Shown here piece by piece: positions 1-12,404 of a DNA stretch of 64,000 nucleotides. Origin of the DNA: Utricularia gibba (Eukaryota; Plantae; Magnoliophyta); contig NEEC01000014.1 in assembly GCA_002189035.1 (NCBI GenBank), positions 1,054,001 through 1,118,000 of the forward strand. Direction: 5' to 3'. Both the position numbers and the translations under genes were made by a program. The number at the start of each line of letters is the position of its first letter. The first letter of the stretch is position 1. The notes under the pieces are model-generated. The model made no database searches and was not told where the DNA came from. It was given only the letters and a program-made list of their open reading frames with translations.

Positions 1-1704
1 AGCATTCCGAGGGATAAGATTTCATACTTGCTAATTTCAACAGCATCAAGAGAATACATGCGAGTTGCTGGATTGTACTGCCTTTGCTTTACAAAGCCGG
101 AATCAATTACATACCTAAGATGAAAACCAGAGTTAGAGGACAGTCATGATGGCAATGATTCTACCTTCAACCACTAAGGGAAAGGAGAACGGTAAATAGC
201 CTTCTAAGGATAGCAAAAATAGACAAGAAACAGAAATTTTAATAAATTTCTTACACAACACCATCAATAGTCAAGGATGTCTCTGCTATGTTTGTAGAAA
301 CAATAAATCGACGAGAATTTGGAGGGGCAGGCATGAACACTCGAACCTGTTAATATAAAGCAAGTTTAGGAGGATGCCGAGTGCTTTGTAAATAAACCAA
401 TGTGCAAACAGCAGATAGAGAGTAGATACTATCCTGGAGCTCCGGCGGCAATGACCCATGAAGAGGAAGAACTATGGCATCCATACAAGATCCTTCTTCC
501 AAGTTCAGAATCCTCTCCTCGAACTTCTTTATAAATTTTTCTATATCATCCTACCAGAACAAAAACAATCTATTAGGTCGGTCATATACCATCAGAGGCA
601 TTATAAACTGGGCATAAAGAAACAATATCAAAGGGACAAACTTTTCCAGTCAAGAAGATTAGAACATCGCCTTCAGGTTCTTTAACATGTATATCTGTAA
701 AAACAGGCAAAAGAATGGCATAAATCAAGAATTTGCAAAAGGTGGCATCTTCACAGGAAAGGATAAATAAAGTCTCTACGCACCCAAAGCAGTTTCAAGA
801 GCAGCTTCAATATAACTTTTTGGCCTTTCTAAGCAATGCTTTTTCTCAACGGGGAATAATTTCCCGGGAACATTAACAACAGGGCAGTCAGAAAAAAATC
901 TGGATACTTTTTCACCATCCAGTGTGGCTGATGTGATCATAACTTTTAAATTGGATGCACGGATCACAATCAAGCGTTTCATCAGCCCAAGCAGTATATC
1001 TCTGCGAGACATACATATCACAACATTCATCAATAAAACAAAGAAATATATTTATATAAGATAGGAGAAGCTAGAAGATCGAGAATTACTGATAATTACA
1101 GTAAAGAAAATCAGTATGCTAATGAAATTTACGTGTTTAAGCTTCTCTCATGAGCCTCATCCAATATAATAACCGAATACTTGCTTAGTAAAGGGTCAGA
1201 AAGACTTTCACGAAGAAGCACTCCATCCGTCAAGTACCTGCACAAACGATTAGAGGTCCCATTTCAGCAATTTGAATTCATATTGGAATCCACATTGCTG
1301 TCAAAGAATAACTTTACTTAATCAGAGTATTGTCTGAAGTTCTATCATCAAAGCGTATGCCATATCCTACTTCACCCCCTATCTCAACATTAAGCTCTTC
1401 TGAAACTCGCCTGTTCCATCAACCAACAAAGGAGGCAAAATTGCACACTTGAAACTTCGAAATACTTTACAAATTCATAACTGATGCCCGTCACATAGAA
1501 TTACCGGGCTAAAGAGACGGCTGCCACACGACGAGGCTGAGTGACGGCGATGCAGCCGGATTTCGAATAACCCCTTCGATGAAGAATCTGAGGAAGTTGC
1601 GTGCTTTTACCTGAACCAACTTCCCCAATTACCACGACCACAGTATTTTTCTCCACAGTTTCCAAGATTTGCTCCTGGAATTTGATAATAGGCAATTGCT
1701 CCAT
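1..1704 (-). CDS. DEAH-box pre-mRNA-splicing-type RNA helicase (At1g27900-like); 3' part runs off the window start
   Basis: ATG at 1704. Exons 1505-1704, 1318-1410, 1133-1237, 784-1001, 642-694, 434-550, 255-346, 28-114. They encode motif [10 protein letters not shown], Ia QPRRVAA, II DEAHERS, III SAT, LPLHGSL and [15 protein letters not shown]. One intron (347-433) has a non-canonical donor (see findings). Confidence 0.93.
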
Positions 1705-1821
1705 TGTCACAAACTCAAAACACAATCTTCCATGAAGGACATCTTAGAGCTTTATCAACTTTGAAGCCCGTCATCATCTTTGCCCTTCATTAAGCAGAAG
1801 ACCCAGAACAAGTTTTCGATT

Positions 1822-1829
1822 TAGGGTTT
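1822..1829 (-). promoter_or_regulatory. telo-box (AAACCCTA) upstream of the DEAH helicase
   Basis: TAGGGTTT on + strand about 120 nt upstream of the ATG. Telo-boxes are established elements of plant RNA-processing and translation genes. Confidence 0.5.
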
Positions 1830-2704
1830 AGAGTAGAATACTAAACCCCCCCTTCCCCTTCCCATCATCACCTTTGTCCTTCATTATAAAAAGAGATGCT
1901 TTTTTATAGTATGGGCAAATTGGAGAGCTGTTACGAAAAACAACGGTGCTCTACTGGTTCTCTCCCGTTATGGTTCGTCGGAGGCCCTTCAGATTTATCA
2001 AGATGCATTTCAACCCACTTAACTTCTCTGCGAGGCCAGTGAAACCGTTAAAAGTTCGAGAATCGAATGATGCGTTCAATTCAGGGCTAACATCAGGATC
2101 CTCACTTTGGTGAAAATCGAATCGCAAAGTAAGCCCTTAAAGACCCAAAATGAGCCCTAGCGCCATTCCAGATCTCTAGCAAGAAACGACTCAGTGATCT
2201 ACCTCCGGTGGTCGAACGGGCCTCCGTCACAAAAAAGGACTCGCGTAGCGCTAACGTGCACAGTCTCCAAGAACTGAAGACGAGCAAAATTACCAAACCG
2301 AGGCCTGAACCGGCCACGTTAGTTAATTTGAAAAATAACTATTGTGTTTTAGTGTGTTTAAAAATCTACTAATTCTATGTGTAATTTATTGTGCTTAGTG
2401 TGTGTGAGAGAAATGTACAGTGGGTAACTTTCAAAATGGCCGATAGTAGTCTGGATGGTTAAATTCTGTGTACCAAGAAAACATACACAAAAAAATAGTG
2501 CTTTTTGTTCCGGGAGGGGAGGGTCTTCTTTTTTCTTGAAAAAGGCATTTGCTTGACGAAGTCAAAACAAAGACTGAAGCTTTTGGTGTGCACTCACTAC
2601 GTTCAGGGCAACTTTAGCACAAAAAGTGTTGCCGTTCTTCAAGATAAGGTAGCTACTAGGCAAGAACTCATGCAATGTACAGATCTTGGCCCCTTACTGG
2701 AGGA

Positions 2705-4399
2705 TCAAGACACGGGGTAATCCAACTGTGAATGGACATCAGCAAGGAGCTCTTGATCACTGATGCACCCTAATGAATCCACAGTTTGAAGTCCAGAGAA
2801 GGGAGGATACAGCAACTCCTCTCGAGAAGGGTGTGTTTGGAAGTCGTCCCACAGCCCCAGATGTTGTTCGTATACCAGGGAAGTTTGATCCAGCACCTCT
2901 GCGCTCCATTGAGAACAGGAAGCCATATCAGCAGAGTATGCCGACGAGGGAGGAGCAGATCCAACTTTAGCTACTTCTTCAATGGCTTGAATCTTGCTTA
3001 TTCCTTGGTGAGGGAGCGCGCTGGATCCCACAGACTCGATAGGAGCATATTGAAGATCATCGCAATTTTCATCAGAGATGAAAGCCCTTGGGGATTCCAT
3101 GCCCCAAGAACACTGAGGTTGCACCAAGGACTTAGAAACTTGTGGCCCAGAGGGGGGATGAAGCTGGCCTCTCCGGTTTCCTTCCCAAGAGTTGTTTGGT
3201 GAGTAGAAGATGCCAAGTGGTTTGGTGATCTTTGAAGGCAGACATTACGCATTGATACTTTGGAAGAGATATTTGCTGCAAAAGCAGCTTTCATCTCCTT
3301 TTCTTTCTCCAATCTGTTCAGGAAGAGCCTGTACTTCTGAAACAGCCAGAAAGAGGGAAAGACTTACTACAAAACAGCGAAAGATCTTCTCACAACGTTT
3401 AAAGAAACCACCTGTAGATGGCTGGCAACATTTTCCCTGGTTAACCATGGAACTCCCATCAGATCAAGTATCTTTTTGGGTCCAGCTTCTGCAAGGCAGA
3501 GGAAAATCAAGCATTGATCGTTCATATAGCAATACAAAAAAGAGAAAGTGCTCTTACTTTCAGATCCAATCTGATTCAGAGCTTGAACAAATTTCTGATG
3601 AAGATCAACAGTCCAAACAACCCTGGGCTTCTTTGTAGTAACACAGGAAGAAGAAGAAGCATCACTGAAATCTCTATCATCATACACGCTGCTCTCAAAA
3701 TCCATCCTTCGCTTCCGAGTAACATAATCTCCACTAAACAAGTATTGACCTTCTAATGGATTCATCCCTTCCACGCCTTCGTAGCAATCGATTTCCCTCA
3801 TCTCATTAACCCTTTTCCTAAGAACATGCTGCCATATGTTCTTCAGCTCCTTCATTCTTATAGGCTTCAAAAGGTAATCACAAGCCCCATGTTGCACCCC
3901 TCTCATTACCCGGCTCGTTTCGCCATCCACAGACATCACTGGATGCACAAAGTGTTATCAAATGAGGGCACATGATCTAGCAAAGGCGAAAATGAATGGC
4001 ACTGCACAAGAGCACTTACTTATCACAGGAAGATCCATTTCTAAACCAACAAGTTCAAGAAGCTTGAAACCATCCATATCAGGCATGTTCACATCGCTGA
4101 TAACAATATCAAATCCATCCTTCCTCTGTCGAAGCAAGAAAAGAGCCTCTCTAGCCAAATTACATGTCGTCACTGAAATCCACAAAAGAACTAAGCATTT
4201 AATCACAATTCTGCACCCCCCACAGTTCTAAAACATGAAAAGGAGGAACTTTTCTGTCCAATGCCCACAAACGCAAACCTTCATAGTTACACTTTTTGAG
4301 CATTTTCTCCAGAATCTTCAACCAAGTTGGATCATCATCAACCACAAGAACCCGGAGACCGGCCGGAAAACGAATCGAAGAAAACCACGATGAATCCAT
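2705..4399 (-). CDS. ARR11: type-B response regulator (receiver plus GARP/Myb domain), ARR11-like
   Basis: Exons 4279-4399, 4020-4172, 3558-3938, 3411-3488, 2705-3336. Receiver motifs [36 protein letters not shown]; GARP motif [16 protein letters not shown]...[14 protein letters not shown]. The last exon needs one frame change or an extra intron between about 3000 and 3250. Confidence 0.88.
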
Positions 4400-5424
4400 T
4401 GCAAGGACACCAAAGTCAGAATAAAACGACAAGCACACAGTAAGAGTGATGAATCCAAGGACTGAAAAAAATGAAGCAAAGGCATGCCACTAGAACACTT
4501 TGTCTGCAAGCTCGAAGAATTGATATTTATGGCAAGTTGGTGGACGGAAAAGGGAGTGTGGTTTATTTTATAATTTCATCGACCACGACATGAAAGAAGT
4601 TTTATAATGGAGAGTGCATGGGAAGGTGTTGAGTATGGATGGTGACAGAAGAGTATGTTTGTCGTTTGCTCACACCCTTGTCTTGGTTGATTGGAGGAGG
4701 AGGAGGAGTTTAAATAATGTGATTTACGAATAATATCGTATAAGAATAATATAAATCATGATATTTGATATTAAAACTGAAAAATTGAACAATTCTCATT
4801 TTAAAACTTAATTTTTTTTTCACAATTGAGTGCAAAAGTAACAAAACATGGTCATATCAAACATCAATCCTTTTCTTTCTTTTCTTTTTTAACTTCTTTG
4901 AGTATTTATTTATCTTTTTTGTTATATTTAATAATAACGAGTGGAGGGGAGGTTTATGGGTGGGCCCACGCCGCTATGTTGCACAGTGTTTGAACAAGCT
5001 GGGCCCCATAACTTCTCAGTTATTAATATTTTTGTAAAAAGAAAATGAATAGAATTTTGTTTAAATAAAACGTTGGGGGTTAGCGATAATGATTGCATTT
5101 TAAAGCCAAAGCGGTGGATTAAGAGGGTAATTAGGGAGGGCGGACGTGGCATCTTTGACGAGAAAAGGACGTGACGGTGCCGATGGGGTGCGCCGCTGGT
5201 TTCTTTTATAATTAGTGCGTGAGGTGGGAGTCTTGAGTTGCTTAGCTGGAACCACGACTGTTCAGACATTTTCTGTCCCAAAGGCGGGCATGAATAGACC
5301 CCTCCTAACTTCCCCTCCTCCCCCCGGCTGAACAAATTAGGGGGCCATTTTTTCCCGAAATGTGGAGAAAAAAATGAAATTTTATCAAAATTGAAAACAT
5401 TAGGTAATTATTTGTGAGAATATC

Positions 5425-5439
5425 TAGGGTTTAGGGTTT
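5425..5439. promoter_or_regulatory. double telo-box / short telomere-type repeat TAGGGTTTAGGGTTT
   Basis: Seen directly in the divergent ARR11-PPR intergenic region. Confidence 0.45.
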
Positions 5440-6377
5440 TCATATCGTTTTAGCGTGAGAATTAGGTCTTGTTTGTGAAAATTGAAAGATTTGGATTTTA
5501 TGGAGATTTTTACTTTCAATAAAAGTAATTATCACAAACTACTAATGTAGAAAATTATAATATGATTTTTTGTAGCAAAATAATTTATTTAATATAAAGT
5601 GATTTTTGAAGTTGATTAGTTGGAGGTAAATTACCCGCGTCTCCTTACCATATTTCTATATTTGCGTTTCATGCCATAAATGGAAGTGTCCCCACCTCCA
5701 ACGGCTCACTAGTAAATGCTACCACGCTCCCATCCGAATTCATCAGGTGAATTCATGCTTGTATCTATCAGAGACCAGTGGCGGATATTGATCGGAAAAT
5801 TGGGGATGGATCAGAGGATTGAAGTGGTGGATCCAAGTGTAATGATCTATCCGTGCATCCATCAGCTTTTTGTATTGTATGATATTATTTATTTTAATGA
5901 TCTAATTTTTACGATTTTACGTTTTTTTATAAGTAAAAAGATTTATATAAGATTAGAAGTATTGTTCTGTTTAAATAGTTACTTTTTATTGTTTATAACC
6001 AATATGGGATATCATTATCAAATTCTTACTGTTACATCTTGCTTGGGTGTTTGATTTCATCCAAACTCGAAGATGTTATAGTGAACGATATTTTTTAGAT
6101 TAAAGAAAAATTTGATTCAATTTTATTATAAAAAAGGTTAAGTTTAAAATAATGAATAAATTAAAAAATGCATTTAATCTACTTTAAAAATGGGGAAGGC
6201 GATCTAGGGTTAGTGATGTAGGTGATGGTTGACTGAGTCAACTAGCAACCCGCTAACATGGGCTTTGGTGTGGGCCTGGAGAGGCTCAAGAGGGTCTGAT
6301 TGTGGTTGATTGGTTCACGAGAGTCCGATACGCTCTCCGATCCATCGCTGCTCTGCTGAGAGAAGAGAGCCCGTGAA

Positions 6378-7948
6378 ATGGCGTGTAGGCGCCTCGCGGC
6401 GGTGGGTTCACGCGTGGGAAGGGGAATGGGGTTTTCCGGTTCATCTTCCATTGGACTCGCGGCGACGGTTACCCATTTGCTTAGTTTTTCAACCAGAGGG
6501 GAGAAAGCGGAAATCGACAATCGTGGTGAATTGCTGTCCATTGTAGAGAATTTGTACGAACATCGCAGCTGGAAATTCCTGACTCAAAATTTTAGGTCAG
6601 TCAAGTTTTCGGACCCTATGATTCAATATATACTCTTGCAGCTGAAGGAACCGATTAATTCAAGGAAAGCCCTGAATTTCTTCCACTGGTGCGCGAAAGG
6701 AATGGGTTTGGAGCATGGGTATCAACGTATTCCATTATGATCCATATTCTGGCTAAAGCCAGGCTTGTTAAGGATGCCAGGATATTGCTTGAATCTGTTC
6801 TGAACAAAAATATTTTCCCTGATGGAGATTCTAAAGTTTTTGTTGTTTTGAATGCTTTACTTGATACGTATAATGTAGCAGATTCGGTTCCATTTGTTTT
6901 TGACTTGTTTGTGCAAACCTATGCGAAGTTAAGAATGTCTGATGATGTTCTTGCCGCTTGTAAGTTGCTGTCTGATCATGGTTTTATGTTAAGTGTGATT
7001 AGTTTCAATACATTGCTACATGTGACAGAGAAATCCAGCAACGTCGACCTGGCATGGAGAGTGTATGAGCATATGATCATTTGTAGGATATGCCCGAATG
7101 AAGTGACCATCAGAATCATGGTGGATGCATTATGCAAGAGCGGAAATTTAGAGAAGTTTCGTAATCTTGTCTCTAAGATGCACGGGAATAGATGTTCAGT
7201 ACCTGTGGTGATTGTGAATACTTTTTTGATCTATGAACTGATAAGAATGAATAGGATTGAAGAAGGGGTGAGATTATTGAGGTGGATGATGCAAAAAAAT
7301 ATGATCTTGGATAATATATCTTGTTCCTTGGTCGTGTTTGCCAAGATGAAGATGGGGGATTTTGCTGCTGCTCAAGATATTCATGATCAAATGCTTAAAA
7401 GAGGTTTTCCAGAGAATGCTTTCGTGTGCAGTCTATACATCGAGACTTACAGTGATAACGGAAGGATGGATGAGGCATTTGGGCTATTGGAGCAGATGGG
7501 GAAACTGCGATTGAGTCCAACAGAAGAAGCAATGAATAAGCTCTTCAAAGGTTGCTCGCGTATGCCCTTGGACAGTGGGGTCTTATATTGCAAGAGAATA
7601 GTAGAGCAGCAGCAGTTTGTTCCTAGTTGCTCAGCAGTGAATGAGATGTTTGAGAAGCTTTGTGAAAACGGGAAGACGAAGGATGCTGATGAGATAATGA
7701 CCAGTTTGTTGGATAAGGGATTCAAGCCTGATGAAAACACCTACTCCCATCTTGTTTGTGGCTATGGCAAAGAAGGCAAAACTGAAATGTTCCTGAAGCT
7801 TCTGTACGAGATGAAGCACCATCTAGGCATTCCGGTTTTGACTTCAATCGTTTCAAGACTCTCTGGCTATGGCCGTCTGGAAGAAGCAAAGAAATATGTT
7901 GAAGTAATGCAACCATGCCCTTCCCCTGTCACAGTGGAAAGGCGTTGA
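6378..7948 (+). CDS. P-type pentatricopeptide repeat protein, mitochondrial (At1g66345/MISF26-like), with a one-base frameshift at 6717-6719
   Basis: Overlapping ORFs 6378-6740 (Arg/Ser-rich presequence, ALNFFHW) and 6689-7948 (STYSIMIHILAKARL, VFDLFVQTYAK, PNEVTIRIMVDALCK, PDENTYSHLV). Adding one G at GGG restores EHGVSTYSIMIH. No intron. Confidence 0.85.
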
Positions 7949-10308
7949 TGTATACAAAAGCATTCTTCCCAACACGTAGTTCAGGCATTTCGTGAATAGC
8001 AGGATGGTCTCCATGGCGAAGGAGACATTAGGAGCAAGCCCGAGGAGTTTTTGAAACTTAGCCCTGAGTGTACAAAAATGTTTTAAACAAAGGGAAATGA
8101 ACCTTTAAAAATGATAGAATATTCACCATTGATACTGATACCAAGTTCAACCTCGAAGAACTCGTGCGATTCCGCTGGTACTTGTCGTTCAAGTAAAGAC
8201 TCGTGTTATGCTTGCCGTGTTTGTAATAGTTCCTCCGGCGACGTCCGCGGCGGCGACTTCACAAATTCTTGTTTTTGATTATTTTTCAACCACCGCCTCC
8301 TGACAGTGGACGCCGCTGACCCACCGCCAATTCTATTTTGTATGTTAATGTCGTTTAAAAATATACACTTCTGTACCGTGAAACATGAAATGTCGGGTTT
8401 ATATTCATCCACATCGTCAGATCCCCACTGGGTTTTTTTTTTTTTTTGTGAGCTATTTGGTCCCATTGGCTGCTTTTTGTTCACAAAGGGACCACTTTGC
8501 AAGAGATATGACTGATTCGTTTAGCTTGATTTGATTTATTTAGGTGATCAAGATTGCAATTTTGTAGGAAGTTGCAGAGGGTCAGAAAATAGTCTAGACG
8601 GTAAGACCCCGTGCACCTTAACTATAGCTTCGCAGTGACAACCTTGATCGAATGTGTAGGATAGGTAGGAAAAGGTGGACACAGTGATTTTGTGTATGAG
8701 ATTGCAGAGGGTAAGAGGAGATTGATAATCATCATCATGTCTTTTAGAGTCAAGTGGTTTTGGTGAATCCCAACTTGAAAGACGTCTTTTTTCCATGATT
8801 TGTGCTTGAAAATTGTAGTTGGGTTGGCTTCAATCCCAAGCCTGGATTTTTGGATTTCGTGAAGGAATGGGAAGCTTTCACATGGCGGAGGTAGATAAAA
8901 CGGGGGGAATTTTAACGCGGTAAAATGGCCGCACCACATCTCAAAGCAATTACATGTTGAAACTTCACACCTCATGTCTCTAAAGCTTTCTGATTCCCTT
9001 TAAATTACTCAACTTGACGGTGAATATATAGACGAACGGGGAGGCGTATTCACTCATTTTGATAACAATTTTCTCTGCCTCTATCTTTCTTGGAAAGGTC
9101 TGGTTTTTTTTTCTCAAATATCCCATCAAGAACCCAGTTTCACGACGCCCTCAAACCATCATCTTTGTCTAAGAATCAATCGCCAGTAGTGATTTGTGTA
9201 CAGAATCGGGTGATCGGATTGAAACCCAGTTCAAGAATCTTCATTTTGATCGGATTCTAACGGTCGGGGGGAATTCCACAAGAATCTGTATTATGGGTTC
9301 TGATCAGTCTTGCCTCCCTTTTGCATGTAAACTTTTGAAGTTTTTGTTCATTTAGATCTGTTTTGGCACCGAATGTGCATAGCCCATGACTCCAAGTGCT
9401 TTCGTTTTAACAGTTTCCGATGAAAATCATCCGATCATAAGTGCTGATTGAAGAATTTTTTCTGGGAGATGCTGTGAACTGGAGTATTTGTGGCCGACGT
9501 CTTCATTAGATCTTATTGTTGGGAACATGATAATCACCTGTCGCCTCTTTGTGTCCATCGCCATCTTCGCTTGAGCGGTCCTTTTTTACACAATCCCCCA
9601 TAAAAAGGTTCTGGGATTTATTCTTGATACCTTTTTTTCATTGGAAAATCCTGTCTTTTGGGCTTCCCTTTATGTGGAGTAATATCTTTGATCGAAGTTC
9701 CGGATGCTTCACGAAACTGTATTCCTTGTCCGAGCATACGTTATCTACACGCATGCGTTCGTCCTGTTTAGACAAGCTATTAGTTCTATGTTTCTATTTT
9801 CAACGGTCGGTGTTGGAACTCTGAATGTTACCAAGGTTTGAGGAACCTGGTGGAGTTCTTCGAACAGACCCTGGGCTTTTTTAGCCCTTCTGTGCGTTTT
9901 TCTGTTTGATAAGAACTGGATTTGCTGATGATCTCTCTACTCTTCAATGTTGATATAGAATTGGCGCAATGTCGATGCTTTTTCTTTCCAAGAACTGCAT
10001 TTTTTGAATCCTTCGATATATGAATTTTGATAGTTGTTTTCTTTTGACTTTCAGATCTTCCAACCCATCGCTGCTGATAAGTTACAATTCAGGTAATCAA
10101 TGATCAAGTGTGTAGTTCGACAACGCCCTGGTTCTTTTCCAGATTAAACTTAATTTATTGAGTTTCAGGCATCTGATGAAAATTTTGTGGAAGTTCTGTA
10201 AAACAGTAGGGACAGAATGATGAAAGATTGAGTCTGGTTATTGTTTTCTTAGGAACAAGATCTTCACATCTACAAAATCAGGGCACTGCAGACACAAAGC
10301 GGTGCCCA

Positions 10309-12404
10309 ATGGATGCTACAACTACTGGAGCATCGAGCATTCAGTACCATAACGCAACTGAGCAGACAGTTGCCACTCTTGTCTCCCCTTTAGTCTCTCA
10401 TCCAAGACAACAACGTCATTGCTTTGGAAATGCGAGTCCTGGGGAGTTCCCATTGTCTGCCAATCCATCAATTGTTTTACACTTCCTTACTGCTTGCAAC
10501 CTTGATCCACATGATCTTGCAAAGCTCGAGGCAAGAAAATTAGTTGTACGTTATTAGCTAGAGTTGATGCTGCTGCTAATTGCATGATAACCTTTTTCCA
10601 GGCAACTTGTTCGTTTTTCAAACAGCCTGCACATTTTCCTCCTGATCAGGAGCTTTCACTAGCAGAGCTTGCCGCTCTAGATATGTGCCAGAAAAGAGCC
10701 ATATTTAAGCCAATGACTTTTTGCCAGAGACAAAAATTAAAGCAAACCTGTGGGGGCTCATGGAAACTTGTACTGAGATTTTTGCTTGCAGGAGAAGCAT
10801 GTTCCCGCCGGGAGAAGTCACAGGCTGTTGCTGGACCTGGACACAGTATTGTCGTGACTTCTAAAGGAACTGTGTATTCATTTGGCTCTAATAACTGTGG
10901 GCAACTTGGACATGGAACCTTGGTCAAGGAATCATGCCCTCGTCCAATCAGGTCAGTTTTTTGTGTATGCAATTGGTTTATTTTGCAAATCCATTAATGC
11001 TGTAATATAGGCTTACTTGAATTCAGATCCCTCCAAGGAATTCGTATTATTCATGCAGCTGCTGGATCTGGTCGGACGATCCTAACTAGTGATGCTGGAA
11101 AAGTCTATGCATTTGGTGAAGATTCATTCAGGGAAGCCGAATACGTGGCTCAAGGAAATAATTTGGTGACCACCCCTCAACTTCTTGAATCCTTGAAAGA
11201 TATCTTTATTGTGCAAGCAGCCATTGGAAATTTCTTTACTGCTGTGTTATCAAGAGAGGGACAAGTTTACACGTTTTCATGGGGAGATGAAAACAAGCTT
11301 GGTCATCAAACAGATTTAAATGATCTTGAACCGCGACCCCTCTTGGGGCCGCTTGAAAACATACCGGTGGTTCAGATTGCTGCCGGCTATTGCTACCTTC
11401 TTGCCTTGGCTTGTCAACCAAATGGCATGTGAGTTTTTTCTTCAGCTTCCTGGTTTAGAAGCAATGTTCTAAGCTTGGTCTTAAGTTCTAACTACAGAGT
11501 CTGTATCCAATCTGCAAATAAGTTGATCCTAAGAACTTTGTCATCAAGAAACATCTTTTGCAAAGCTTATTTGGATTTTGTGGTTATTGATTGGCATACC
11601 AGGTCAGTCTACTCTGTTGGTTGTGGATTGGGTGGCAAGCTTGGCCATGGTACCAGAACTGATGAGAAGCAACCAAGATTGATTGAGCAATTCCGAACAC
11701 TGAATATTCAGCCAAAAGTTGTCGCTGCAGGGGCATGGCACGCTGCGGTTGTTGGAACAGATGGAAGAGTTTGCACATGGGGTTGGGGCCGATATGGCTG
11801 CTTAGGCCATGGAAATGAAGATTGTGAATCAGTTCCTAAGGTGGTGGAAGGCCTGAAGGATGTCAAAGCAACTACTGTTGCCACTGGAGACTATACCACA
11901 TTTGTGGTTTCAGATAGTGGGGATGTTTATTCTTTTGGGTGCGGGGAATCATCCAGTCTCGGCCATGACACCCTTGTTGCCGATGGCGAGGTTAGTCATT
12001 TACACCATCTTCATCATTTCTTAGTTTGAGGAACCTGCTCCAAAAAATGATTAATATGGTTGCAAGAGCTGCCCAAACTTAGTGTGGTTGCTCAAGAATG
12101 TTCGCCAACATTCTTTTATGATCCTGATACTTGCTGTCTTTCTTGCTGGCCTCAGGGAAATAGGCGCACCAACATCCTAAGTCCAAAGCTTGTGACATCG
12201 TTGAAGAAGGCAAACGAGCGTATCGTTCAAATAAGTCTCACTAACTCTATATACTGGAATGCTCACACATTTGCACTTACAGAATCCGGTAAGCTGTATG
12301 CTTTTGGTGCCGGTGACAAGGGACAGCTCGGTGTGAACCTTGACACCAATCAGGTTGAAAGAGTGGAACCGGAGCGGGTGGCCATCGAACTCAGTGATTC
12401 ATGA
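10309..12404 (+). CDS. RCC1/UVR8-like repeat protein (At3g26100-like)
   Basis: Exons 10309-10530, 10602-10951, 11027-11428, 11603-11990, 12156-12404. RCC1 repeats VYSFGSNNCGQLGHG, GKLGHG, WGWGRYGCLGHG, AFGAGDKGQLG. First coding intron is GC-AG. Probable 5'UTR exons lie upstream (about 9060-10250). Confidence 0.92.

Noticed and set aside
2102-2317. 71-aa ORF with a signal-like N-terminus
   Set aside because: GTG start and no family motif. More simply promoter or terminator DNA between the DEAH and ARR11 genes.
5425-5439. Interstitial telomere or chromosome-fusion scar
   Set aside because: Only two repeats, fully explained as promoter telo-boxes.
5716-6054. 112-aa ORF and a CAGTGGCGGAT motif resembling a transposon terminal repeat
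   Set aside because: The ORF runs through low-complexity AT-rich DNA. No matching inverted end or target-site duplication was found.
7920-7980. Second frameshift extending the PPR C-terminus (VDVYKSIL)
   Set aside because: Similarity is weak, it needs the opposite indel type, and it ends after about 10 codons anyway.
10169-10260. Splice-created uORF (MKILWKF*) in the RCC1 leader
   Set aside because: Depends on a weak, unverified donor. It cannot be supported without transcripts.
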